Origin: the human T2T-CHM13v2.0 reference genome, Homo sapiens | Assembly: GCF_009914755.1 (NCBI RefSeq) | Contig: NC_060947.1 | Length of the DNA: 64,000 bases | Reading direction: 5' to 3' (one strand) | Shown: positions 1 through 13,211 of the stretch, piece by piece | How positions within the stretch are numbered: position 1 is the first letter of the stretch | Layout: every line of letters starts with the position of its first letter | The notes under the pieces: model-generated | Seen by the model: the letters and a program-made list of their open reading frames with translations, nothing else | Told to the model about the DNA's origin: nothing | Database searches by the model: none | Program-made: the position numbers and the translations under genes

Positions 1-184
1 CCTTTTTCACAGGCTCTGAAGTTTAGTCCTTCCCCCAAGCCTATGGAACTTCCAGAAGCCTTCCTCATCTTTTCAGCTTCTTAAGCACCACCATCTGCTT
101 GTCTTCTTTGCTTCTCAGACACAATATTTTGCTCAGCTTCCTGGCCTCTCAGAAGGCAGTTTGGATTTTCAAAGGCCTTGAAGT

Positions 185-695
185 ATGTATATTATCTTCC
201 TATTGTGGCTTAAAACAAAACACATTTATTATCTCATAGTTGCTGTGGGTCAGGGGTCTGGGCCCAGCTTGCCTGGGTGCTCTGTTAAGGAACTCACAAA
301 TATGTGATCAAGATGTTATAGAGGCTACATTCTCATCTGGAGGCTTAACTTAAAGAATCTGGCAGAATTCATTTCCTTAAGGCTATATGATTGAGGGATC
401 CAGATTTCTGCTGGCTAGAGGTCATCTTCAAGTCCTAGAGGCCACCTGCTCTTTCCTGCCATGTGACCTTCTCTGCTGGCAGTTCACAACATGGCAGGTT
501 GCTTCTTAAAGGCCTGCATGAGAGTATCTGTCTCCAAACAGCTAAGATAGAGTCTTACATAATGTAACCTGATAATGAGAGTGACAGCCAGCACCTTTGC
601 TATATACTATAACCAAATTAGGTTAGTGAAATCTCATTTCCTATTCCATATGCTATTGACTAGAAGCAACTCAGAAGTGCCATCCACACTTAAGG
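185..695 (-). mobile_element. MaLR LTR (MLT1E/F-like), 5'-truncated
   Basis: MLT1-type reverse motifs 'tggcttaaaacaaaacacatttattatctcatagtt' and 'ggcagaattcatttcctt'. Abuts ERVL internal sequence at ~695. Confidence 0.7.
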
Positions 696-1515
696 CCTCA
701 GGGTCGTATGAATTCCTGTAATGCCTCCAAAATGTGGTACTGGTTTTTATTTATTATTTTCATAGTTAGAAGCAGTTCTAGTGGCTTTCATTTGGCCTTT
801 TCTTCCATAATAGCCTTCTCTATATATGTCACAGAACCAATGTGGTTATTGTGCCAGTTACTGAGCATGTCTATTCCAGGTATATATATTTTAAATGGAG
901 AAATAGACCCTTGATGGGTATGGATACCCACTGGGACCACTTTGGGATAGAACTGAGCTGAAATTCCATCACCTGACCTTTTACCTCCATAAGCGCGTAC
1001 TCTAAGTGTGTGGACATCAGTGACATTTTGGGTCTTCAGGAATTAGTGTCAATTCAGAGCCAGCATCTAGTAATTCCCCCAAAGACTGATTATTTCCCCT
1101 TCCCAAATGTATAATCACCTAGGTAAATAGTAAAAGTCTGCAAGTAACTCTGGGGAAGGCTAGTAGGAAGACTAATAGAATAAATTTGTGGCAGTGTATT
1201 AGGCTCTTTCCTCAAGTGGGCCCGATCTCCCCTTTGTTCAATCAATTTTAGGTTGGTGAACTGGCTCAAATCTGGGAATTGACTCAAGGGTTATCATATT
1301 TTAGGGATTCAAGTAAGGCTTCCGTTCACTAAGGCTAGATCTGTTCTGCTTATATAGATCAAGTAAGAATTTAGTAAACTGTCCATCTATTTTTTTTTAG
1401 AGGCACTGTGATCAACCAGCCAACACTAAAGATTTCTGTGAGCCAGACTCTTCTAATCACTGCTTTGACTCTGCTGGCAATTATGGTAACTATACTAATC
1501 TTGTCTTAGGCAATT

Positions 1516-1972
1516 TGTATTAGTTTCTTAGGTTTGCCATAATAAAGTACCACAAACTGGGTGGCTTAAAACTATAGAAATTTATTCTCCCACATTATGG
1601 AGGCTAGAAGGCTGAAATCAAGGTGTTAGCAAGGTTGGTTCTTTCTGAGGCTCTGAAAGGGAATCTATTCCATACCTCTCTTCTAGCTTCTGATGAGTGC
1701 TGGCAATCCTTGGCATTCCTTGGCTTGCAACTGCTTTGCTCCAACCTCTGCCTTCGTCATGACACAGCATTCTTCCTGTGCATCTCTATGTCTAAATTTC
1801 CCTCTTATGAGGACACCAGTCATTAGATTAAAGACCACTTTAATCCATTACAACCTCATCTTAATTTAATTATATCTACACAGATCCTATTTTCAAATAA
1901 GGTCACATTCACAAATACTGGGGGCTAGGACTTCAACATATCTTTTTGAGGGAACACAATTCAATTTACAAA
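1516..1972 (-). mobile_element. MaLR solo LTR (MLT1C-like)
   Basis: Starts 'tgtattagtttcttagg...accacaaactgggtggcttaaaac'. Typical MLT1C body of ~460 bp. Confidence 0.85.
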
Positions 1973-2408
1973 GGCAATTAAGTGCTGCCACTGCCACTTG
2001 GCCTTTGTCGTCTCAAGAGTCTATCATTGTTATTACATTTAGGGATCCTAGTTTATGGTAGCAGTTCCCATGATAATTTCTGGTCTATAATGAATAGTCA
2101 GCACAAAGCTCATCAAGGATGCTGGAGCTCCCCTTACAGATTTATTTCTCATAGCCAGGGTAAAGGGTGTGTTCTGAGAGCCCTCTCAAGGTGAATGAGT
2201 AGGTCTTATATGATAAAGACACTCCAACATTCAAATGTTTCTAAGCCTTTAGATATCTTCCTCTACAGTATACCCCAAAAGTTCTGGCATATTTTGATTT
2301 CATTTATTGTAGGTCACTTTTGGGTCCATGTTTCAGCCAACCAACCAAGTAAACTGTCAAGCCCCTCAACCTGAAACACTGAATCTAGAATATTTGCTTA
2401 GTTGGCCC

Positions 2409-2802
2409 TGTTATGGACTGCATTGTTGCCTCCTCCCCAAAATGTGTATGTTGAAACCCTAACCCCCAATGTGACTATATTTGGAGATGGGGATAATTAA
2501 GTAAAATGAGGTCATAAGGGTGAGGCCTTAATTCCATAGGGCTGATGTCCTTATAAGAAAAGGAAGAGACATCAGCGCTGTCTCTCTCTCTCTCCACGTG
2601 AATGCCCAGAGGAAAGACCATGTGAAGGTACAGTAAGAAGGTAGCCATCTGCAAGCTGGAAAGTGCCCTCCACAGAAACTAAGCCTGTTGGCACCTTGAT
2701 CTTGAACTTCAATCCTCCAAAATTGTAAGAAAATAATTTTTTTGTTATTTAAGCCACCCTGCCCATGGTATTTTGTTATGGCACGCCAAGCTGATGAATA
2801 CA
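2409..2802 (+). mobile_element. MaLR solo LTR (MLT1B-like)
   Basis: TG...CA ends and a perfect 5-bp TSD GGCCC (2404-2408 / 2803-2807). MLT1A/B motifs. Confidence 0.85.
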
Positions 2803-3564
2803 GGCCCATATCAACTAATTCTGCCCAATCCAACTTCATTTTCCTTTCACTTTGACTCCATATCTTTAAAATTGATTCCTATGCATATCCCCCAGGTTTC
2901 TGACTATATAAAGTGATAAAACTGTACAATGCTTTTGGTATGCATAGCAGCTCCTCATGGGTTACACTTTGTACTTTACCCCTCTGAGCCCGCTGGGACT
3001 TCAGGTAAGTTATAGGTTTAGAAGCAAAGAGAGGTGGTGGGGGTAGGTCTTAAAGAGGATCAGCAGTGCCTTACCAGTCAACTACCTCAGGAAAGGCAGG
3101 CAAAGGAGGGCCAATCTTCTCAAGACAGGAGTAGAAAGGCTGCTTCTACTGGCAAAAAAGGCTCAGCAGAACTCAGGGGTTAGAGTCCCCAGCTTTGTGA
3201 GAATCTGCCCATAGGATCCCATTCCAGCTTTATATTCATACAGAGGCTACAAGGCTGAGAAATCACTTTGCATCATTCAGCCACTGGCAGGGCGGAGACT
3301 CTGAATTTTGGTTTTCAGGGCCCTGTGGCTATGGAAGGAAGATAAGAATTTCTTTCAGGGCAAACAGAAGCTTTCAGTTTCTTTATGTGGACTTTGAGCT
3401 GATAATTCAAATTCCCGAGCCTATCCTTTCCCTACTTTCTCCCACGCAGTTAGGAGCAAACAGCCAACCTCATTGTACTCCTTGGTTTGACTAAAATGTG
3501 CTAAGGCATCAAATACATGGTCACCCAGAACCTTGTCTTCTGTAAGTGTTTGATTAGGAGTAAC

Positions 3565-3978
3565 TGTAAGGGATAATTGGAAGGATGGCCGAGAAAGGAA
3601 TGAGGCCAATAGACCCAAGTTCAGGCAAGCTGATTTATTGTCAGTCCTGCCAGGCCACCTCTTGACAAAAGCAGAGGAGGCAGCCCCACTTACAGGCTAT
3701 AGCAAGGTTTTATAGGGTGTAGAACTGGGTCAAGGTGAAGGAAAAAGAAAAGAGACGGGGCGGGGGGGGGGGTCCTTTGTGCCAGGTGTCTGACCACTTC
3801 CTGGAGATGTTTTTCTTGCCAGTTCTGTTGTGCAAGGTAGATGTCTTAACCACATCCTGGAGCAGCTGGCCTCTGGTCAAACAGTTACAGGAGGGTTTGG
3901 GGTAGGGTGTTTTGCTTTTGGCCTTTGGGGCTTAGATCTATGGGAGGGGGAAACAGTCCAGTTGGGTGGACCCTAACA
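3565..3978 (-). mobile_element. Solo LTR, probably ERVL/class III (subfamily uncertain)
   Basis: TGTAAGGG...CCCTAACA inverted ends and a perfect 5-bp TSD GTAAC (3560-3564 / 3979-3983). Minus-strand TATA (~3710) and AATAAA (~3635). Confidence 0.8.
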
Positions 3979-4168
3979 GTAACCAGTGGGGATATTTTGT
4001 GTATCTCTATTGCCACATCATGCCATTGACTACCAGTGCCCTTCTTACTGCTAGAAGTAGACTCATTAGTGCTTTTAAATTTAATCATATTAGAGAAGAC
4101 TCAAAACCAAGTCAGAGAATTCATACTTAAGATTCTATCCCCCTGGAACCACTCTTGGTATTAAAATC

Positions 4169-5058
4169 TGTATCAGTTAGCATTTAATCAGAGAAGCAAA
4201 AACTAGTATCTATCTATATCTCTATATTTATATCAGATATTCTGCAGAGTGGCATTATTGACTTTTGGGCTGGATAATTCTTTGTTGGGGTGTGAGGGTG
4301 GGGGACAGTCCTGTGAATTGTGGGTTTATCTATGGCCTCTACTCACTATATGCCAGTAGCACAACTCTCTACCCTCCACCAAGTTGTAACAACCAAAAAC
4401 GTATGCAGACACTGCCAAATGTTCCCTGAGGGTGAAAATTGCCTCCAGCTGAGAACTACTGGTATCTCTATATTATCTATATTTTTATTTATAGCTATAT
4501 GTATCTCTTCCTCTATCTGAGAGAGAAATTGGTTATACGGAATTGGCCTTATGCAATTGTAGGAGCTGGCTAAGCAGTCTCTGTATGGCTGTTTTCTCAC
4601 ACATGATGCTGAGGCTTCAAGATCACAGGGATGGCAGTCAGAAAAGGAAAAACACAAGCAGGCTGGAACCAACAAGCTTAAGCTGGAACTCCGTGGAGAA
4701 GGACTAAAACCTGTGTTCATTCTTGTTGCCTCTAACCTTGGTAATGAGGGTATCCAGCAGAAGTGGGGCCCTTTGTCACAAAGTGAAACACACACCCCTG
4801 GTCTAGGAGTCTGAGAAGCTGAAAGAATATCAGCGGCAGGTAGAGCAGCCACAGAATCAGATGCTGCTTCACACCAGTAGGGTGAATCTACAGATCAGCA
4901 ACAATATGTGTGAGCCACAAAATGGCCACTGCTTCTCTTTCAGCCTCTAAATGTCTCAAGAATCTTCCCTATGTCTTACCTCAACTCAAAACAAATGAGA
5001 AAAAATTCTGGGAAATGCAATTCAGCCTAGACAAGGTGACATATGAGAAAGCCATTAC
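4169..5058 (-). mobile_element. MLT2 (E/F-like) LTR, the 5' LTR of the ERVL relic
   Basis: MLT2 motifs 'ggaattggccttatgcaattgtaggagctggctaagcagtc'. Directly adjoins the ERVL leader and is interrupted by MER20. Confidence 0.75.
4243..4461 (-). mobile_element. MER20 (hAT-Charlie non-autonomous DNA transposon)
   Basis: Reverse complement matches the MER20 consensus pattern (CAGTGGTTCTCA...GGGACATTTGGCAATGTCTG...CAACAAAGAATTATCC). Confidence 0.85.
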
Positions 5059-5644
5059 AAGATAGTTTGCTCAAAGTAGGATCCAAATTATGTCCATACT
5101 CAAATGAAAATATTATCCAAGCTGGGAGAATGTGTGGTTCCAAAGACTGACTACAAAATAAATTATGAGCTTAAATGGATTAAAATCATATTAAATATGT
5201 AGAAACTTCAAAACTCCACAAATCAAAAGTATGTCATGTACGGATAGAAATTTTTTCTTCACTGATGAGATAGAAAAAGGATTTGTCTGGCACAATGTAT
5301 GACCCTTTGTCTATTCAAAAATGATCACAGCTAATGCAAAACATTTAACAGAAAGATAAATTTAATGTTAACAAGCACATTTGATAATTGTCCCAGGAAA
5401 GATTATAGGTAACTGGATGGAAGTATTTTTCAAGTAATCTAGGATAGTCAACATTTTAAATGCACCACAGAGACATTTATCTCAGCAATTCAGCAAAGCA
5501 GCATCAACTCTTGAGTCAGAATAAAAGCTTTCAGCTTCTCTTTTGAGAAGATTCTGAGCATTTACTTCATTTATAGTAAGGCTCTCTCAAATTTTTCTCT
5601 AAGATTTCCCAGAACCTTTCTGAGGCTTCATGCAATTTATATAA

Positions 5645-6475
5645 GTCACTTAACAAGCACTTGTTGAGCTGTTACCATGTGTCTGGCACTCTTCTAGGTG
5701 CTCTCTATAGACAAAGAATAAAATAGACAATCTATTCTCAAGAAACAAGCCTTCAGTGAATCAATAAACAAATATATATACACACATATAGTTGTGACAA
5801 GTGTTAGGAGGAAAAATATGACTGGGCAAAAGGATGGAGAGTTATACAGAGGAATGCTCATGCCTTTTTATATCAAGTATTCAGGTCTTTATACTTCATA
5901 TCAAGTATTTACTTCAAGATACTTTATATCAAGTATTCAAAGTCCACTAAAGATTATCTGTAAGTAGAGATTTGAATCAAATGACGAAGTAAGTGAGTGA
6001 GGATTTCTAGAGGGGAAATCCTAGCATTCTAGGAGAGGGAATCATAAATGCAAAGGCCCAGAAGATTGGAGCTGTTAGCATGTTAGAGGTCCAGCAAGGA
6101 GTACCTGGAGTAGAAGGAGCCAGGGAAAGAGAGTTGGGAGGTGAAGTCAAGAGAGATCCAGGGGCCAGACTCAGAGACCATGGTTAAGATTTTCTTCTGA
6201 GAGACAAGAGAAGCCACTGGAGGATTTTGAGCAGAGTGGCAAGATGTGAGTTTTGTTTTTAAAGGATCTTTCTGTTTGCTTTCTGGCAAGTTGACATTAA
6301 GGGGACAATGGTGGAAACAGGGAGACCAGTGAGGAGGCTATTGCAATAATTCACTATACTAGGGTGGTAGTGATGAAATAAGGTGGGATAGTCAGATTCT
6401 GGAATTCTGGGTATATTTTAAAATAGAGATTATGGGATTTGCTTATAGATGCTATGTGGGATGTAAGAGAAAGGG
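5645..6475 (-). mobile_element. L2 LINE 3' fragment
   Basis: L2-typical 'aacaagcacttgttgagc...catgtgtctggcactcttctaggtgct', 'caaaggcccagaag' and 'gaagccactggaggattttgagcag'. Confidence 0.75.
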
Positions 6476-6851
6476 GTCAAATAAATGTAATTATGTTTAA
6501 AAACTTCGTATTTAACTTCTCTCTTCCTTTTCTTCAACAGAGTTATCATTTCTCTCTCTCCAAACACTCAGCACCCTACCACTTGCCTCTAGCTGTCTAA
6601 AACTCTTACCATTCCCCCTACCCCTATAATGAGACATCCAACCCAACTCTACAACTTCTATTTGTCTATTTTTGCTATAAAAATCCTCCCTTTCTGCCTG
6701 TTCCTTATTCAATGCTCACCCCATCACTCCATTCAAAGCCTTTATGCTCTGAGACTAACTTTTTTCGCTCACATCTTAAACAGAAAGTATCTGATGTGAG
6801 TAATTCAGATTCGGGTAGAAATGACTAATAATTTAAATTAAAATAGTTTAC

Positions 6852-7180
6852 TTTTCAGGGAGGTATTTTAAAAAGCTTTGAAATCACCCAAAGAAGCCCT
6901 TTTCTTGTAAACACGCCTAAGTTCTATGATCACCTACAAATTACACTTACCCTTTTCTTGTGGTAAACACTCCATGAGTTCTATGATCACCTGCAAATTA
7001 CACTTAGTTGCTGACTGCCCCCCATCCATGCAGGCCTTATGCTGACATTATCGAGGCTCACGCTTTATCGGAAAAGGAAACTACAGGAAATGAATCATGA
7101 ATCATTATTTTTAAAGAGCAACTCCATCACAGCTTGCTTATCATTATTAATAAATGAAGAAAAGAGCTAAACATGTGAAC
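6852..7180 (+). repeat. Left arm of a long inverted duplication (with an internal ~53 bp tandem duplication at ~6897-7007)
   Basis: Reverse complement of 8731-9006, with only a few mismatches across the 6980-7160 core. Confidence 0.95.
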
Positions 7181-7537
7181 TTACATCACAAGAAGAAAGA
7201 TTGAAGTCTCTTAACATACCCGGACAGACTTGTCATAAACTATTGCCTGCTCTGTGGACCCAGCAGACTTTGTCCCAGGCCATTGAATGTTCTGAGCCCA
7301 TTGAATTCCCCTAAGAATCATTTACTACTCCCCCTAAAATCATCCATGTTTCCCTATCTCCCTTTCCACTAAGAAGAAGGGTAAATAAGCATCTCTACCC
7401 AATTGTGTGGTGGGGTAATCTCTCTGTGATTTTTCCCTTCGTGCACATGAATACATTTGTATGCCTTTTCTCTTACTAATCTGCCTTTTCAGTGGGGCTT
7501 CAGAAGGTGAATGGGAAGTTTTCCCTTGGTCCCTACA
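7181..7537 (+). mobile_element. 3' half of a MER34-group ERV1 LTR (inverted relative to its 5' half at 9007-9213)
   Basis: Ends 'ttcccttggtccctaca'. Collinear with the 3' half of the related LTR at 45520-46228. Confidence 0.75.
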
Positions 7538-7699
7538 AGGTCTTAGTTACCTGGCCAAACCTAGCAGCAAAAGTTGGGAAATTTTTAGCCAACTTTAGAG
7601 AAGAAATGCTAAGTGAATATTATTTTGTTATCAAGGTAGCCCTGATGAAGTAGCTGGGAAAGTTCTTTTACTTACTGTTTTTCTTCAGCCCTTATTTAT

Positions 7700-8171
7700 A
7701 GGTACAGCCACTTAAAAAAAACAGATGAGCCCCATGATGGAGTCAGAGCTTCCTGACCCCTGACCAGATACCAGAGGGAGATAAGACCCTGAAACCAACC
7801 CAAACTGGAAGAGATAACCCCAGTGGCCTTTAGATCATTAACATATCATCATAATGCTAAAATTCCCACTACAGAAAGAAAATTTCTGCCATTTTATGTA
7901 CATGGGTTGTACGAAGATGTGTGTTTATGAGTTAAGTCTGCACATGTGTAGTCCCACCCTACACATGCTAACCTTCCTTCTTGCTCCTTGGACCCAGCCC
8001 TTAAAAACTCCATGTCTTCTATTGGTCGGGGAGAAAGGGTCTTTAGAGTGTAAGCTTACTCCTTCTTCATTTCTGGAAAGAGATAAAACCTGCTTGCCTT
8101 TTGTTCCAATTGGGTGTTCTTTCTCTGTGACCAATACAAAGTAGGGAAAAAAACTCAATTTGCCAGTGACA
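7700..8171 (+). mobile_element. Old LTR, probably ERVL class (subfamily not assigned)
   Basis: TATA-like 'ttaaaaac', poly(A)-signal-like 'gataaaacc' and a 3' end 'ccagtgaca'. Confidence 0.5.
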
Positions 8172-8730
8172 ATACGAGCAACTAGCAATTTGAGCAAGTA
8201 TAGCCAGCTTATTTTCCCTGTACCATTCCATTTGAGATAATGTGCGCTTCTAAGGATATATGCTTTTATTGTCATGATGGAACTGAAGTGGATGAAAGTG
8301 CCTCTAGCTGCTCTGTATCTAGTTATTCAGTGGATCCCCAAATCCGGTTATAAAACCTATAAGATTTTATTTGTTCATATTTCCCAAATGAAAAAAAGAT
8401 TTAGTTTTATTTTCTTTTTGTCTCCTCAAACAAACAAACAAAAGCTAAGCTAGATTTGACACAAAAGTATCTAGGTTCTTCTCCCCATCGCACCCCCAAC
8501 CCCCAAGAAACTTACGCTGAAAAGAGAGAATAATAGAGATTAAATGTCAGCTGTGTCAATCTATAATTCAAAGTGATAAAATGAAAAGAGACCCCCAATA
8601 TCACCCTGGCTCAGGTGATATAGCAGGGTAAGTGGCAAGCCCTTATCTAGGCATCTATTCCAAGACAGGCTACTGTGAGGTGATTTCAAAATTGCTGGCT
8701 CTAAACAGAGACAAAGATCTTAGGGGCTTT

Positions 8731-9006
8731 GTTCACATGTTTTACCTCTTTCTTCATTTATTAATAATGATAAGCAAGCTGTGATGGAGTTGCTCTTTAA
8801 AAATAATGATTCATGATTCATTTCCTGTAGTTTCCTTTTCTGATAAAGCGTGAGCCTCGATAATGTCAGCATAAGGCCTGCGTGGATGGGGGGCAGTCGG
8901 CAACTAAGTGTAATTTGCAGGTGATCATCACTACTTAGAAGTGTTTACCACAAGAAAAGGGCTCATTTGGGTGATTTCAAAGCTTTTTAAAATACCCCCC
9001 TGGAAG
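8731..9006 (-). repeat. Right arm of the long inverted duplication
   Basis: Reverse complement of 6852-7180, without the internal tandem copy. Confidence 0.95.
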
Positions 9007-12000
9007 AGACCAGAGGTAATTGTTTTCTTCTTTGATGGGTCTAGACTTTGGGCAGATAAGAGAATTTCAGAGAAGAACTTCATCCAGTGCTTTGAGAGAG
9101 ACAAAGAATTGAGAGAAAAGAGTGGGGGAGGTCAGAGAAATCTTGACGCTTCTTATTCAGTTCAGCATGTCGAAGTGTCACATTTTGGGAGTATTAGTTT
9201 TTGCGACCCAGCATTCCCCTGTCTGAAACTTACCAAGAAGTTTCACACCTAGAGTTTGTGGCTATGGAGAAAAAATTGAGCCAGTAGCTGAATGGCAAAG
9301 GATCCCACCAAACCAGTCTCTCATTTTTGGGACTAGGCCAGTTCAACTAAACAGCTGTGCCTCATTTTAGAAGACGGTGTTGCAGATGGCTCTCAAAGCT
9401 AGGCCACTATATTATGTAGGAAAACAGATCTTTAATAAGAGGCATCTCTATGGAAATAGAAGGGAAAGAAAGCCAATGTCTGAAGCAGTCTGCAAGCTAG
9501 TCCTTCTAAAGTTTGGAGGGCAGCCAGTTGAGAAGACCAGTGGCAACCTGACAGATTTTCCTAGATTGTAATTTGCGTGTAAAGTGTGTCCAAATATGAG
9601 CTATTGCAATGATTTTTCTCCACAGCCAATTTGACTAGCCTCAGCTTGCAGGGCTTCAGGAAAAAGGCATTTTTAATTTCAGTAAGTCCAAGTCAGAAAA
9701 AAAATGAAAGGAAAATTTGGAAAGATTACTTTGAAGACTTGTCACCAGGAAACAATTCAAGATTCAGCCCAAATTGCAAGCAGATAATAAAAACTCAAAA
9801 ACAATGAACAAGGCAAGAATCTAAGAACAGATGTACTATGGTTTTCTTCTGAAACATAATTTTCTCCCTCCAGTACTCCATTTTTCTAAAGATAAAACAC
9901 GGTAGGACGAATCTATTTGCAAAATAAGCTTTAGTCTTATTATACTTGGTTTGATTATTTGTATAAAATACAGCAAGAATAGTGATTGGCTATACAGGCT
10001 CTTTTAAAGTTAGCTTTGGTGGGACTTTTTCGTAAGAAATCTCAGATTTGACTTTTAAAATCCAGTCAAGGACAAGAAACCAAGGCAAGGATTTGCCATC
10101 AGGCTGTACCTATAATACCTGTACAAATTGGGAAAATCCTTCTATTCCTAAGGTCCCCAGAATATCTTGAGTTTCCTGGGCCTGTGAGAGAGTAACATTC
10201 TTTACTTTCCACAAGGTTAGGAACCTTATAAAATAACTGCATAGACAAGGTAACAGGCCAGTCTTTATCCAAGTCTATTGGCTTAGTAAAGTCAATCCCA
10301 ATCATTTCAAGCAGTTTGATCACAGATGAAAACATGCTATTCTAGTCAAAGCCTTGGTAAAATAATCAGTATCTCCAATTGTGTCCTGTTACCAAAGAAA
10401 ACAGATTCTTGTTAAACTTATGCAAATAACTATTTTGCCATAAAATAAGAATTCTCGTGAATAGTTTCTGAATTCTGGAGAAATCAGGGTAGAGAGAAAG
10501 GTATGGGTTTACATTTTTCTTACCAAAGTATACTTAACCCAATTGCTGTAAGCTATAAATAACTTAAAAAAAAATTTTCTTAACTCTGGAAAATAAAACA
10601 TACAAATAATAAGTAATGTTTCAAACAAAAAGATTATTAAAAAATCTTTTCAGTCCTCTATCGGTTCGGTTCCATGTAATTAATTTTTATTTAGCTTGAT
10701 GTTGGCTTAGTAATCTTCATAAACCCATCAGTTTTCTTTTTTTAATTAGAGTTTTGGAAGGTTTTACCTAGTTCAATAATATAATCTCCAGAATTATCAG
10801 AAACCTATATTCAAGAGTACTTGTTAGGGTTCTTTCCATGAATTTCACTGAAGACACAACACTTCAGGATTTGCAAAATGCTTTTAGAAAAAAAAAAAAC
10901 AGAAACAACTTACTTCTTATACTAAAACATATCAGATTTTTAGAAATCTCATACAATTTTGAAACACATTTCAATAATATATCTATACAAATATAACCAA
11001 AGAATACTAAAGTTTTGTGAACTTGAAAAGTATTTGGGCTAGTTTCTTGGCACTCATTTATTTATAATTCAATTTGGTACAATAAGGACAATATACAAAC
11101 AGACATCTATACACACGTATGCATAAAAATACAGACACAAATAAAGACCTTAAAGCTTTGATTTTAAAATTTTAGTTATGAAACAGGTAAAACTCACTAG
11201 TTTAAAAAGACAGTTTAATTAAATTGTGCCTCTGTAAAAGGAACAAGTTAGTTTGTTTGTCCCACACTGCCAAAGCCCTTACTAAGTTTTAGAGAAAACA
11301 GGATAGCAAATTTCCATTTCAAAGCACAGAGACAGAATTTATGTTTTTCTTAAGAATGAGCTTGGGTTTGTTAGTTAGAGAAGGTTAAAAATGCCGAGGT
11401 GACACAAAATTATAGAAATTTACCACAGTATTTTCTAAGGAGATTGATTGTATTTAGATAGGTAGTTTCTAATTTAGTCTCTGTTTTCTAACTGGACCAC
11501 TGAGCTTAGGGTGGAGCTCATCAATGAATAATAGGGCTGATGAAGCATTTGCAGTTTTCAGGGCCTAATATTTAAATATGAGAAAAGCAGGTGCAGCTGG
11601 AAGGCAGGGCATCTAGATCTCCAGAAATCAATAATTCTGTTTTTACACTGAATCTCAGCTCCCACAAAATCGGGCAATATCACAGGACAAGGCTGCACAA
11701 GACTTCCACAATGCATCTTGCTACAAGGATGCTCCAACACCAATCAGCCCTCTCTGTGATAAGTCCACCCCCATAGGAGTCTTATCCCTTGGTGCTGAGT
11801 GTTTCCACAGCCTCCAAGTATTCAAACTGTGCCTTTCTTAAATAAACTTGCAAAGAAACAAATAGACTCCTACAGTAATAACCACTCATTGAAACCACTG
11901 TTAGCCATCTCAAACACTGTAGCCCTCATCAGTGACACAGAAGCCATACCATATACAAAGGTCAAGTACTTTCTCACAGTACAAAATATCCCCTGGTATC

Positions 12001-12574
12001 CCACAATGCCAAACAGACCAGGTAATAGCATGCAAAAGAGGGCAGAGCTGTAGACCTAAGAGGAAACTGCCATGACTCCTGGGGTTCCATTTGGAAAACA
12101 GGAGAACTCAAAAAAGGAGTCTGTGCCACCTTTTTTCTGTGTTCCTCAAGAGGTCTCAGAGTCACTAGAAGTCCCTTCTAGATCTTTTCATGTGGTATTG
12201 AAGGTGGCAAAAAAGAAGGAGGAATAGAAGAAAATGGGAGAACAAGTCTTAGAACAGTCAATTTCAGGAGATTTTAAGCTTCCCAGAAGGCCAATGAACT
12301 TTTACATTTTTCTCAGCAAAAATTAGACCAAGAAAGAAAGCAAACAAAGGGACTAAACATATAAATAAAAGAGGGTTTTGATCAACTGAAAACAATTCTC
12401 AGAAACAGGATCCAAAAGAGAAAAAGCAGAAAGATGTTTTTAAAAAATTTTATCTTGAATATCAGTTTTTAATTAAGCAGACTTCTGACTATAGAGGTCT
12501 TGAAAAAAATATTTCCAAATCTCTTATTATCACATTTTAGCTGGGACAAACAGCCAATATTCCTGGCTTTTGAA

Positions 12575-12598
12575 CTGTTTTTATTTTCTTTCTTTCCT

Positions 12599-12654
<56 letters not shown>

Positions 12655-12802
12655 TTCTTTCTTTCTTTTTCTTTCTTTCTTTCTTTCTCTTTCTTTTTTC
12701 TCTTTAATCCCCCTTCCCTTCCCTTCCCTTCCCTCCTTCCCCTCCCTCCTCTCCCCTCCCCTCCCCTCCCTTCCCCTCCCTTCCCCTTCCCTTCCCTCTT
12801 TT
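12575..12802 (+). repeat. Compound polypyrimidine microsatellite (TTTC)n + (CCCTT/CCCCT)n
   Basis: Read directly from the sequence. Confidence 0.95.
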
Positions 12803-13211
12803 AAACCAAGGATACCTTTGCAAATGACTCACCAAAACCAATAAGCTTTAACCAAGGTTATGACTTAACCAAGAATGTACAAGGTACATCCAAGGAGGTG
12901 CAAAGCAATCCTCACAAGTCCAGAACCATCCCAAAGACAGCTCAAAAAAACCAGTTTTGCTAACCACAAATGGGGTACAACTCATATTTTTGTCTGGCCA
13001 TGTTTTCTGGGGTCTCCACTTCTTAACTGACCCTAAAGCCTTATGTGCCTTCTACAAATGGAGGAAAACAGAAAATCCAAAGCCGTCTATGAAAGGGAAA
13101 AAGATCAATAACAAATGGGCACTCCCAAAAGTCAAAAATCACACAAATATCAAAACAAGTTTTCAATAAATGTTTCTTTTCCTCAATTAGAGGACATAGA
13201 TCTGCAAGAAT

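Larger units (their letters stand above)
695..4168 (-). mobile_element. Degraded ERVL (HERVL-like) internal region: leader, gag, protease and start of pol
   Basis: Minus-strand relics resemble ERVL gag/pro: QFPDLSQFT (ORF 1090-1287) and LDAGSELTLIP, an aspartic-protease DTG-like motif at ~1040-1070. The 5' end 'gattttaataccaagagtggttcc' adjoins the MLT2 LTR. Many stops and frameshifts, and interrupted by three LTRs. Confidence 0.85.

Noticed and set aside
4346-4852. Longest ORF in the track (168 aa)
   Set aside because: It runs across an MLT2 LTR and a MER20, so it is a repeat-derived chance ORF.
12500-12844. Phe/Ser/Leu/Pro-rich 114-aa ORF resembling a membrane protein
   Set aside because: It is a translation of the (TTTC)n/(CCCTT)n microsatellite.
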